64,000 nucleotides of DNA from the human T2T-CHM13v2.0 reference genome, Homo sapiens, in assembly GCF_009914755.1 (NCBI RefSeq), contig NC_060928.1. One strand, written 5' to 3'. Below the pieces are notes generated by a model that was not told the DNA's origin, searched no databases, and saw only the letters and a program-made list of their open reading frames with translations. Positions 1-13,836 of the stretch are shown here, one piece after another (within the stretch, counting starts at the first letter, position 1; each line of letters opens with the position of its first letter). A program made the translations under genes and the position numbers.

Positions 1-190
<190 letters not shown>

Positions 191-340
191 GAGTAGAATA
201 GAATAGAATAGAATAGAATGGAATAGAATAGAATAGAATAGAATAGAATAGAATAGAATAGAATGGAATAGAATAGAATAGAATAGAATAGAATAGAATA
301 GAATAGAATAGAATAGAATAGAATAGAATAGAATAGAATA
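191..340. repeat. (GAATA)n pentanucleotide microsatellite, 30 units, in Alu tail
   Basis: Direct reading: GAGTA then GAATA units, with GAATG variants at 216-220 and 261-265. Confidence 0.97.
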
Positions 341-443
341 GAAAAGTTTCTTTCCCCAGATCTCTGCAAGAGCAGATTTTTATCACTGAAGTCTCTGTTC
401 GTCTTTTTTGGGAGTCCCTCCCTGACCATCCGACCTAAAGTGA

Positions 444-1018
444 TGTAGGTAAGGGAATACCTTTCCTCTACCCTCTTAAATTCTGTGACTAGGACCTGTG
501 AATTGTATAGACAAAAGACATACTAACAAAAGAAAAAGCATACACATTTTACTTGAGGTTAACATTTTTATGTGTCGTAGGAGGCTTTGTAGGAAGAAAG
601 AAGTAAAAACCTCAAAGAAGCAGTTAGACCTAGGGGTTTACATAACATTTTAACAAAGGTCATAAATTGTGGAGATATGACAAAGCCAAAGTAAAAGAGT
701 TTAGGGTTGGGGAAAGAAATTGTGGAAAAGTGACTAGGAAATACATGGGAGAAGCTAATGGAAGATAAGGGTTATTTTTGTAAGATTTGTTTGTGTAGAT
801 TCATCTCTGTGTCAACTCCCTGTCTCTGATGATGAGAATATTCCCTTCTTGGTGATACAGGGAGGGCACTTTTCTCATGGTAAATTTACACTCTGCTTTT
901 AAGTAAAAAAGGAAAAGGCAGAGAGCCCTTCCTGCATCTGCTATTGAGCATCTCCAGCTCAAAATAATCAATATCCCAAAGTGGCATATTTAGGGATGGT
1001 GTGTTCTGATCCCCCTCA
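444..1018 (-). mobile_element. ERV1 solo LTR, MER34/MER39-like
   Basis: TG...CA ends with near-TSD gtga/gtgg; the minus strand starts TGAGGGGGATCAGAACACACCATCCCTAAATATGCCACTTTGG, resembling MER34-group LTR 5' ends. Confidence 0.6.
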
Positions 1019-1562
1019 GTGGCTTTCATACCATCTATTACTCTATGAAATTATACTACTTCATTCTATTTTTGGCTTTTGCTGTCATTTGAATATAATT
1101 CTCCTTGGGGAAAAAGACTTAGCATTTAAGCAATGCCTGGTATACAGTTATTCTGCTCAATGACTATTTATTGAATGACTTTAAAATATCCAGTGAATAA
1201 TTACAACTATATTGATCCTTATGACATACTTGCTTTTACAATTCTGTCATTTTCACTTTCCCACTATGTAATGGTAGTTAACTTTCAGTTAATTTCTTTA
1301 CATTCTTTTTCTGTAAAGAAAGATTATAAATAAATAAATTTAATTAAAGAAGAGACTAGAAAGAGTTTCCTGGCCAAGAAAAATAGGATCTCTTTTTAAA
1401 TGAATTTATTCAACAAATATTTGCTAGGTATTCGTATGTGCCAGGTATGACTAGGTCCTAAGAATGTTTTTTAAAATATCAGAAGCACACCCAGCCCACT
1501 GAGTGAGACAGGTTGTGAACAAATTATTGCAGTAATGTAACAAGGGCCTGAAGTATACTGCA

Positions 1563-1972
1563 AATTGGGTTTCCGACTTGCAAATTCTGAAATAGAGATT
1601 CGGGTGGAGGGGAATTATTAGGCAACATTCTGTGACCACCACCTGGGGAAGAAAAGGGAAGGACATAAGCCTGGGCACAGGGAGAGGCCGAGCTGTGATG
1701 TGGTCTCATTGGAAGCTTTAGCCAACTCTGAGGGAAGTTCTGAAGACAGATGATTTTTTGGAGTTGTCTCCAGTGTTGTGAAGGACCTGGGCCCTTGTAT
1801 CACACTTTACGTTTGGGGATGTGGCTATCTTGGGAAAAGGCATGGCCTGAGAGGTGCTTTCATCTGAGATAATTCCTAAAGAGGGCATATCTGCTGGTTG
1901 CACTCCCGGCAGCTGAAATAATAATTTATCCCTTCCTTTAAGGGGAACGGGTGCTAACATGGCATCCACCAC
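1563..1972 (-). mobile_element. ERVL LTR16-like fragment within L2 remnants
   Basis: gggcacagggagaggccgagctgtgatg...gccaactctgagggaagttctgaag resembles LTR16; L2 3'-end-like sequence at 1400-1560. Confidence 0.5.
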
Positions 1973-3130
1973 ATATTAAGTGGTTATTATTATTAGAGAC
2001 ACAAATAAAGCAATATAGGAGCTATGATAAGAAAGAGCTTAATTGCACCTCTGAAATGCCAAAAGAAAATACACTGAAATCTGAATCTTGAAATCCAATT
2101 AGGACTTTTAGGGGCAGAAGCCATTCCAGGCAGAGGGATTATGCTGGTCCTCATACATGGAACAAGGTAATAATACTAATTTTTGTATTTGGGGATTTCT
2201 AAATGGAAGAGCAGGTACAAACACCAACTGAACATCTGTAGTAGGCACTTAGGTGCAGTACGTCATTTCATGCTCTTAGCAACTTTGCAAATAAGTTATT
2301 GCCATATATTTATAGATGATAAAACAGAGGTTAAGAGAGGTATAAGCATTCTCCCAGTGGTCACATAGCTATTAATAGCAACTGGTGAAGTCAGAGTTTT
2401 CCTGAGGTTTGCTTGGCTCCAAAGTCAGGGCTTTTTCAACCATCATGCAGTTTTCCTGTTCTAACCTTAGTTTTAATAGTAGTACCTGTTTTATGGTTTG
2501 CTCTTAAGAAATCAACTGATTTTAATAAACTTTTGAACAATACTCACAAGCATCAAGAGAACTGTAAGTTCTGCCAATACATTCATCGGCAATCTTGAAG
2601 TGAACAGTGACCAACAAGTATTTTTCAGTAGCTGTGTTATTTTATGCCTCTCAACAAAATGTTCTATGTGCTTGGAAATTAGAAAGATATGTACTTGCAT
2701 TGAATAAGGTCCATACTTCACAGAAACACTAGAATATTCTGCTCTAAAAATACAAAACTGATTATCTGAATTATCTAGTCTTTGAAAACTCCTTGTCATC
2801 ACTAACTACAGAGTACTTACCTGGATTAGGGTACTCAGTGAAAAACTGGGTCAGAATGTCAAACTACATGGCTCCTTTGCTTAACACTCCTCATTGCTTT
2901 TCATTTTTCTATAGCTAGCAGCAGTACCCAAAGAGGGGAATATATAAACCCCAGGAGATTTTACAGACAATCTATTGTGCAAAGAAAAAAATAGGTTTGT
3001 TTTTCAGTATTGCTCTTTGAAAATATTTATTGTTGTGTATGCTTCATAATATGTATGATACATTAATATGATACGTATATTAGAGGTGTATACACAGAAC
3101 AGTTTAACTGACACAATAAAAACATTTGCA

Positions 3131-3468
3131 GTAAAATTCTGACACGCTACTACATGGATGATCATCAAAGATATTGTGCTAACTAAAATAAGCTAGTCAC
3201 AAAAGGACAAACGCTATATGATTCTACTTATATGAGAGTAGTCAAATTCATAGGGACAAAAAGTAGAATGGTGGTTTCCAGGGGCTGGGGGAAGGAGGAA
3301 ATGGGGAATTATTGTTTAATGGGTAGAGTTTCAATTTGGGAAGATGAAAAAGTTGTAATGATTGCATAATAATGTGAATGTATTTAATGATACTGAACTG
3401 TTTACTTAAAAATAGTTAACATTGTAAATTTTATGTCCTGAATATTTTACCACAATAAAAAATGATAA
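3131..3468 (+). mobile_element. L1MB 3' end
   Basis: aagctagtcacaaaaggacaaa...gtcaaattcataggga...tttaccacaataaaaa is typical of the L1MB 3' UTR. Confidence 0.8.
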
Positions 3469-3568
3469 AAAAGTTTGGTGGCCCTTGGTTTACAATATTA
3501 AAATGGAATGTAAGGCTTTTCCCAATTTGACTCTATCTCATCTCTGGCCTGGAGGACAGTGTTACTTT

Positions 3569-3722
3569 TGTCAATGAAAAGAGTCAAACTCTGTGAAATA
3601 TTTGAAGATATTTATTCTGAGCCAAATATGAGTGGCCAATGGCCTGTGACACAGCCCTCTGGAGATCCCGAGAACATCTGCCCAAGGTGGTCAGCCAGCA
3701 ACTTGGTTTTATACATTTTAAG
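3569..3722 (-). mobile_element. MER4-group (MER4A/LTR8-like) LTR fragment
   Basis: gaaaagagtcaaactctgtgaaatatttgaagatatttattctgagccaaatatgagtg...ttggttttatacatttta. Confidence 0.7.
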
Positions 3723-4544
3723 CTTGGGTCAGGAAAGGTGGGACACTCATCTTCTGCTAAAGACTTTAAATAAAAACATTTTCTGAAGTACCCATTTATT
3801 TAACTCCTCATTGCTCTGTCTGTGCTATGCTGATCACTGTCGGAGCCTGTAAATTCAAACCAATACCACTTCAGTATTTTTCAAGACAGGTAAGCTTTGT
3901 TTAATTCCTTTTTGAAATCCACTAATCTACTTTCTATGCCAATTAGCAGTCAGAGGAAATAAATCACATGCCCTTCCAATGAAGATAAAATATTCCCAGC
4001 CCCAGTATTTGAGCTTTCAAATTCAGAGTCTCAGAGGGTCTGTTCCTCCACATTTTCACTTAATACCTCACTGGCTCCCCTCCAAACCCTGTCTGACATG
4101 CAATTATTTTCAACCTATTTCACAGAAGTCTGCTCCATTCATCTTTCTGTGGGTCAGATTTCCATTGAAACTGATTTTAAACGATAAAAGATTTTACTGT
4201 GTGAAACGTATGTTGGTAGGGCTCGAAGCAATGCTAAGCCAAGATTTTTTTGGGTTTATGGGGGCAGATATGAAATTGGCAGCATGGAGAGGGATGAAAG
4301 AACATTTATAATCATATCTGGGGGTTTCGTAATGATCTGTCTGGAATAAAACTGTATATTGAATTATGGGTGGGTGTTTGCACTATACGGGTAGAAAGGG
4401 AATCGGACTGATAGAGGCAGGGAGGGAGTGTTGGTCAGAAGTTCTGAACTCAATTTCTGGCTTTGTTACTTAAGGTAGAAGACTTACTCTCTCTAGAAAT
4501 TAGCTTCCTTTTTTTATATAATGAGATAGAGCTGAGCAGAACTT

Positions 4545-5150
4545 ATCACCTTATCTCCTCTACCTGCTCTTTTCCTGTTGTTCCCTATTTCTTTAAATGG
4601 CACCATGACCCAGTTAACAAGTCAGAAATCTGAGAGTCAGCTTTGACTTCTCCTTTACCCTCTGCATTGATTACTCACCAGTTCATGCTAATTTCACCTC
4701 TTGAATTTCCCTTGATCTGCTCTGTTCTTTCTATCTTCTTGGCAATTAGACTAAGCTTAACTCCCTCCTTCTTTCCCCTAGTGACTGGACTGTCCATGGG
4801 AAGAGCCACTTCACTACCCACAGGCTTCCTCCTCACCCTCCCCTCTCAAATCTAGTTCAGTGGAGGCCAAAGTGATCTTGCTAAGAGAATCTAATCATGT
4901 CCCTCATTTATTAAAAAATTCCTCATTGTCGAGATCTGTCTCCTGAGAATTTCTCTAGACTTGTCCCCTTTTCACAACCTCTATCACTTGTACTTCACCT
5001 GCACTAAGTTGTTTTCGCATCTTTTTTTGCCACCAAGCCTTTAAATATACTATTTCTTTTGCTCATGACACTTTTGCATTTCTCTTCACCTTGTGCTACC
5101 TGTTTCAGATTTCAACTGTGTCACTTCTCCATAGGACTGATGTCCAGGCT
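4545..5150 (+). mobile_element. L2 fragment
   Basis: Pyrimidine-rich L2-like motifs (aaatggcaccatgacccagtt...gccaaagtgatcttgctaa). Confidence 0.5.
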
Positions 5151-5204
5151 GTGCTATGCTTGCATGGGTCACAGGTTATCATAATTATATTTATACTAAC
5201 TACA

Positions 5205-6030
<826 letters not shown>

Positions 6031-6577
6031 CATTTACACCAGTTTTTAAATACTGACCAATATTTTAAAATGCAAAGTGATTTGTTTGCAGAATCTTTCT
6101 GGAATAATTCTTAATCTTTTAAATTTGTCTCATTCAACTCCTAATATAACAGCAGTGCTTTGGCAACTTGACTTTATAAAATTATGTCAAAACATTAAAG
6201 CACTTTTCACAGAAACATACACATGGTATTTTACCCTCATATTTCATTAATTATGTAAGTTTCGTTAAAGTAATATAATTACAAAGAAGTACAACTGACA
6301 TAATGAGGTCAGCTGTTGAACACAATTAAGTCTTGAAAAATATGCCCCTTGATTGTTAAGTGGAGAAGTACATAGACATCAGTTTGTGTATTTTAGGGAG
6401 ATAATGGAAAATGTTGATTTATCTCATGACTTCAATACCCTGTCTTTACTTCTAGATTATACATATCTTGATGGTAAGAGCTGTTGTTTATTCATTTAAT
6501 ATACACAACACAAAGCACAATATCAACTCAATATCCAATATGTAATTTAAAAAATTAATATTAAATTAGATATAAGG

Positions 6578-7330
6578 TTTTTTTTTCTTTTATTATTATA
6601 CTTTAAGTTTTAGGGTACATGTGCACATTGTGCAGGTTAGTTACATACGTATACATGTGCCACGCTGGTGCGCTGCACCCACTAACTCGTCATCTAGCAT
6701 TAGGTATATTTCCCAGTGCTATCCCTCCCCCCCTCCCCCCACCCCACAACAGTCCCCAGAGTGTGATGTTCCCCTTCCTGTGTCCATGTGATCTCATTGT
6801 TCAATTCTCACCTATGAGTGAGAATATGCGGTGTTTGGTTTTTTGTTCTTGCGATAGTTTACTGAGAATGATGATTTCCAATTTCATCCATGTCCCTACA
6901 AAGGACATGAACTCATCATTTTTTATGGCTGCATAGTATTCCATGGTGTATATGTGCCACATTTTCTTAATCCAGTCCATCACATGAACAGACACTTCTC
7001 AAAAGAAGACATTTATGCAGCCAAAAAACATATGAAAAAATGCTCATCATCACTGGCCATCAGAGAAATGCAAATCAAAACCACAATGAGATACCATCTC
7101 ACACCAGTTAGAATGGCAATCATTAAAAAGTCAGGAAACAACAGGTGCTGGAGAGGATGTGGAGAAATAGGAACACTTTTACACTGTTGGTGGGACTGTA
7201 AACTAGTTCAACCATTGTGGAAGTCAGTGTGGCGATTCCTCAGGGATCTAGAACTAGAAATACCATTTGACCCAGCCATCCCATTACTGGGTATATACCC
7301 AAAGGTCTATAAATCATGCTGCTATAAAGA
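6578..7330 (-). mobile_element. L1PA2, 5'-truncated with 5' inversion (6578-6982 minus, 6983-7330 plus)
   Basis: Young L1 3' UTR with GAG (not ACA/ACG) diagnostic; inverted part encodes the ORF2p C-terminus ([19 protein letters not shown]); TSD agatataa(g/a)gtttttt at 6568 and 7328. Confidence 0.93.
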
Positions 7331-8339
7331 TATAAAGTTTTTTAACTCCAAAGACTATGGAATTTGTAAAATTGTTAACTTACCTTCAAATTCTAATATT
7401 CTTTGATTTGTATGTAATTATAAACATATTTGTGTTGTGATGAAATTATATATTAGTTAATGGCCAGATTCTTGTGTTGTATTATCTTTGTGTTCTCCAC
7501 AGTCAAATGACTGTGAAAGTTGCTCAATAACTAAGTATCAAATGGTGTATGTGTGCCTGCCTGGTTGGTTGTTGGGAGTATGAGAATGTTCCAACATTCT
7601 TGAAGTATGTCTTTGTTAGCAGCATGAGAACAAACGAATACATACTGCATTTTGTTTATAAAAGTGCATATTCCTGAAAATTATTTTTAGGGTGAGGGCA
7701 AGTGCTGTTAAGTAAGGCATTAAACAAAACCTTAAGCTTGGTATATGAAATTATTCACTACAACTATTCTTTACTGAGAGATCAGTAAGATTTCAATACA
7801 ATTAAGAAAATCTAAATTCAGGATTATTTATTGGTAGCTATTGAAAAACAATATCAGAGGGGAACCTTAATCTAAATAAACAATGACTTAGAATTTTACA
7901 AGTAATAATAAGCTGTGTACTTTAGCAGGACACAGCTGTTTAATCATCTCCTTGCCCATTAAACTTGTTTGAGAAGCACATTCTCAGTGACTGCTCAGAA
8001 ACTTATTTGCATTGGTGATTTAGCTTTGGGGTAAATGATTCAGATTTTTAAAATTCAGATGTTATTATATTATGCTAAACAACATGCCAGGGCTATATCC
8101 CTAGCTCATTTGAATTTAGCCTGAATAATAGCAGTGCACATTAGGCCTGGTGTTGAACCGACTTTGTAGCAGTCTTTGCTGTTTTTGCTTTTTCCAGCCA
8201 AGGAGGGCAATTTCCTGATAGATGGTCAATCTCCCCTCTTGCCCTTGGAACATTTCCAAGGAAAAGAAAAAGAGGGAAAGCAGGTGTAGCCATTCACAAC
8301 CAGATACAGAATAATGGCAAGTAAATCATGGTCGTAAAA

Positions 8340-9030
8340 ACAATGACTGACATTTTTTGAGAGGTTTCTGGTATGTCAGACATTGAATTAAGCAATTTTC
8401 ATGCTTTATCTCAATTCTCACAACCTCCTAGCAGTGAGCAGTGGTTAACATGCAGGTTCAGGAGCCAGACTGGCTTAGGTTTGAATCCTGGCCCTCCACT
8501 TTCAGTGGTGTGACCTTGGGCAAACTGCTTAACCTCTGTGTGTGTCAGCTTCTGCATGCGTAAAAGGAAGGGAATATATATACATCTTATTGTGTTTTTG
8601 TGAAGATTGAAGAGAAAATGCAAAACAAACTCAGTATTTGCACTAAAAAATGTTAGCTTTTATTATCATTTAATATTACTATTATTCTTTTTCTCTTTCT
8701 ACAGTGAATCAATTTAGTGAATCCAAATGACTTTGTCCAGGTCACAGAGGAAGTGGGTGTCATTGCCAGAACTGAACTCTATGCCTCCCTGTCCAGCAAA
8801 ATTCCACTACATAGAACATGATGTACCATGATCACGACAGTTCCAGGCAGGGAGTGAAGGGAGAGAGCCCAGGCTTCGGAGCTAAGCACATAAAGTTTGA
8901 ATCCAGCTCTTCTGCATATTCTATGAATCACTGAATATATTTACATACATTCACTGTATTCAGTTTCATCTCTAAAATTAGCATAATATCCCATTTTTAG
9001 AGTTGTGAGAAAGATAATAAATAATGCATA
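8340..9030. mobile_element. MIR cluster (plus-strand MIR 8438-8660 between minus-strand MIR pieces; another MIR ~8860-9030)
   Basis: MIR core ggtttgaatcctggccctccact...gtgtgaccttgggcaaactgcttaacctc. Confidence 0.7.
8813..8827. promoter_or_regulatory. Consensus steroid (androgen/glucocorticoid/progesterone) response element
   Basis: AGAACA-tga-TGTACC, reverse complement GGTACA-tca-TGTTCT, an exact match to the canonical element; function untested. Confidence 0.5.
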
Positions 9031-9169
9031 TTTTAAAAACTGGTAAATAAAAAGTTCTTGAAAGTGGTTGCTCTTATTATAGGCTTATCACAATACATTA
9101 TAATCAAATATAATTGCAGTAATAGTGTATAATGCTTTAATATCAAAAATAATTTGGGGGAACATACAC

Positions 9170-10420
<1,251 letters not shown>

Positions 10421-11169
10421 TGCTCATGCCTCTTCAGGAAGATTTTTGATATTTTGCGTTGAATTCCTCTAAGAAGTCATTTCAGTCTTTATATTTCACA
10501 GTAGTGAGAAGGAGTGCATGACTGTTCTTACCCACACATATGTTCCTTTTCGAATTGGCAGATGAGTATTCATCAATGTAGATTCTAACAATACTGTCAG
10601 AGGAGAAATAATATTGTTGTGACACCAAGAGAACATTTTTATTGTACACATTACCTTGGAATAACATTTTTGCCAGGAAATTTGATGCAGCATACATATG
10701 GTGCCTGATAGAAAGAAGCCAGGCGAAAGTACATTAGTCCTGTGTGTTGTACATGATATATAGTCAAACAGCCTGTGAGATAGAAGGATATCATTAACTA
10801 TGAAGGTCATTCCATCATCAGTATAATGTTTGGAACAAAGATATATTCAGTTATGCTGTTTACTCTATTTATACTTCAACTCTGCATCTTTATAAACCTA
10901 CCTTTCTATGTGATTTTTAAAACTCACAGAAGACTTTTTTTTAAGAAGAGAAGATCTGTTTTGTTTAAATTGCCTTGCACTCCAAATTCAAATAAAAACT
11001 ATTATGAATTTTAAAACATGACTTCTTCTGACATTGAAACTTTTCTTTTTTTTCCAATGACTATATAACTGTTAAAATTTTGGAAAAATATTTTAGTATG
11101 CCCAGGAAGCCTTGCTATGTCTATTCTATTTGCATTTGTTTCATAGTCTCATTAGGTTCATTTTCCCCC

Positions 11170-13520
11170 TAATTTTTCATTTGTGGTAAAATGCACATAA
11201 CAACATTTACCATCTTAGCCACTTTAAAGTGTACAGTTCCGTGGCATTAAATACATTCATAATGTTCTGTAAACATCACCACCACCTCCAGCTCTCTTTT
11301 CATCTTGTAAAAATGAAACTCTGTAACTATTAAACAATAACTCTCTCTTCCCCCCAATCCTCAGCCCTTGGCAACCATCTCCACTTTCCGTTTCTATGAT
11401 TTCGACTATTCTAAGTACCTCATACAAGTGGGATCATATGTATTTGCCCTTTGTGCCTGGCTTATTTTACTTGCCATAATGTCCTCAAGGTTCATCCAGG
11501 TTATAACATATGTCATAATTCCCTTTCTTTTTAAAGCTTGAATAATATTCCATTTTCTGAATATTACACATTTTGTTCATCTATTTATCCATTAATGGAT
11601 ACTTGGGTTGCTTCCGTGCTTTAGCTATTGAGAATAATGCAATCCTACCAACAATACTCAAGAATTCCAATTCCAATTTCTCCACATCCTTGCCAACACC
11701 TCTGGCTTATATTTTAAAATATATTAGCCATCCTTATGGGTGCAAAGTGGTATCTCACTGTAGTTATGATTTGCTTTTCCCTCATGATTAGTGATGCTGA
11801 GCATCTTTTCATATGCTGATGGGACCTTTGTATATTTTCTTTGGAGAAAAATCTATTCAAGTGCTTTGCTCATTTTTTATTCAGGTTGTTTATTTTGTTG
11901 TTGTTATTGTTGAGTTTTGGAGCTCTTTCTACATTCTGGGTGTTAATCTTTTATCAGATATACAAATATTTTCTCCTATGCTGTAAACTGCTTTTTTATT
12001 TTGTTGATAGTGTCTTCTGATGCACAAACTTTAAAATTTTCATAAGTCCAACTTTTCTGTTTCTTCAGAAAAGAAGAAAAAAGCCTGAGCCTTTGTCATA
12101 TCCAAGAAATTACTGCCAAATTCAATATCATGAAATTTTTGCCCTATGTTTTCCTTTACAAGTTTTATATTTTTAGATTTCTGATCCATTCTGAGTTAAA
12201 TTTTGTATGTGGTGTTAGATAAGGGTCTAACTTCATTCTTTTGCATGCAAATATCCAATTTTCCCGGCACCATTTGTTGTAAAGATTGTCTTTTCCCCAT
12301 AAAATAGTCTTGGCACCCTTGTAAAATATCATTTGACCATATATGCAAGGATTTATTTCTGGTTCTTTATTCTGTTTCATTAGTCTGTATTTATGCCAGT
12401 ACCACAATATGTTGATTTCCTGTAACTTTGTAGTAAGTTTTGAAATCACGAAGCATGAGTTCCTCCAGCTTTATTCTTCTTTTTCAAGATTATTTTGGCC
12501 TATTGTTGTCCCTTGAGATGCCATGTAAGTTTTAGGATGGGTTTTTTTTTTTATTTCTACAAAAAAAAATTGGAATTTTGATAAAGATTGCATAGAATCT
12601 GTAAATCACTTTGGGTAGTATTGACGGCTTAACAATATCAAGTCTTTCCGTCCATGAACATATCTTCTCATGTATTTATATCTTTAATTTCTTTAATAAT
12701 ATTTTGTAGTTTTCATTGTACAAATCTTTCTCCTCTTTGGTTAGGTTAAGTCATAAGTATTTCATTGTTTTTGATGCTACTGTGAATGGAAACACTTTCT
12801 TAATATTTTTTCAGATTGTTCATTGCTACTGTATAGAAGAAATGCAACTGATTTTTGTGTGTTGACTTTATATTCTGCTACTTTACTGAATTTATTAGTT
12901 CCAACAGTTTTTGGGGTGAACATTTAGTTTTCCACACATGAGATCATATAATTTTAGAACAGAGAGAATTTTACTTCTTTTTTTTCCACTTTGGATGCCT
13001 TTATCTCTTTTTCTTGCCTAATTGCTCCAGCTAGAATTTTCAGTACTATGTTGAAAAGAAGTGGCAAAGACCGGGTGCGGTGGCTCACACCTGTAATCCC
13101 AGCACTTTGGGAGGCCAAGGTGGGTGGATCCCGGGGTCAGGAGTTCAAGACCAGCCTGACCAACATAGTGAAACCCCATTTCTACTAAAGATACAAAAAA
13201 AAATTTAGCCAGGCATGGTTGTAGGCACCTGTAATCCCAGCTACTTGGAGGCTGAGGCAGGAAAATCGCTTGACCCCAGGTGGCAGAGGTTGTAGTGAGC
13301 CGAGATGGTGCCATTGCACTCCCGCCTGGGTGACAGGGCAAGACTCCATCTCAAAAAAAAAAAAAAAAAAAGTGGCAAGAGCAGGCATCCTTGTCTTGTT
13401 TCTGATCTTAGAAGAGAAGCCTTCAGTCTTTCACCATTAAGTATGATGTTTGCTGTTAATTTTTTATATATGGCTTTTATTATGTTAAGGCGGTTTCTTT
13501 CTATCCCTTGTTTGTTGGAT
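11170..13520 (-). mobile_element. L1MB 3' UTR plus ORF2 remnant
   Basis: L1MB-type 3' end; ORF 12165..12449 resembles ORF2p (PEINPCIYGQMIF...KLDPYLTPHTK). Confidence 0.85.
13069..13371 (+). mobile_element. AluS (Sg-like) inserted in L1MB
   Basis: Full dimer with poly-A; TSD aagtggcaa(a)ga on both sides. Confidence 0.93.
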
Positions 13521-13744
13521 TAAAAAAATTTTTTATTTCTATAGCTTTTGGGGTACAAGTCGTTTTTGGTTACATAGATTGATTATATAGTAGTGAATTC
13601 TGACATTTTAGTGCACCTATCACCTGAATAACGTATGTTGTATCCAACATGTAGTTTTGTATCCCATATAGAATAATGGTGTCCAGCTCCATCCAGGTTG
13701 CTGCAAAAGACATTATTTCATTCTTTTTTATGGCTATATTCCAT

Positions 13745-13836
13745 AGCACATATATATATGCACACACATATATATAGCATATATATATATGTACACACAC
13801 ACACACACATATATACACACACACACACACACACAC
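13745..13836. repeat. Compound (TA)n/(CA)n microsatellite inside L1PB
   Basis: Direct reading of alternating purine-pyrimidine tract. Confidence 0.9.

Noticed and set aside
6954-7406. 150-aa ORF with zinc-knuckle motif
   Set aside because: L1 ORF2p C-terminus in the inverted part of a truncated L1PA2; not an independent gene.
10482-10810. Two overlapping minus-strand ORFs in apparently unique DNA
   Set aside because: No recognisable domain, viral or transposase motif in the frames I translated; lengths are compatible with chance.
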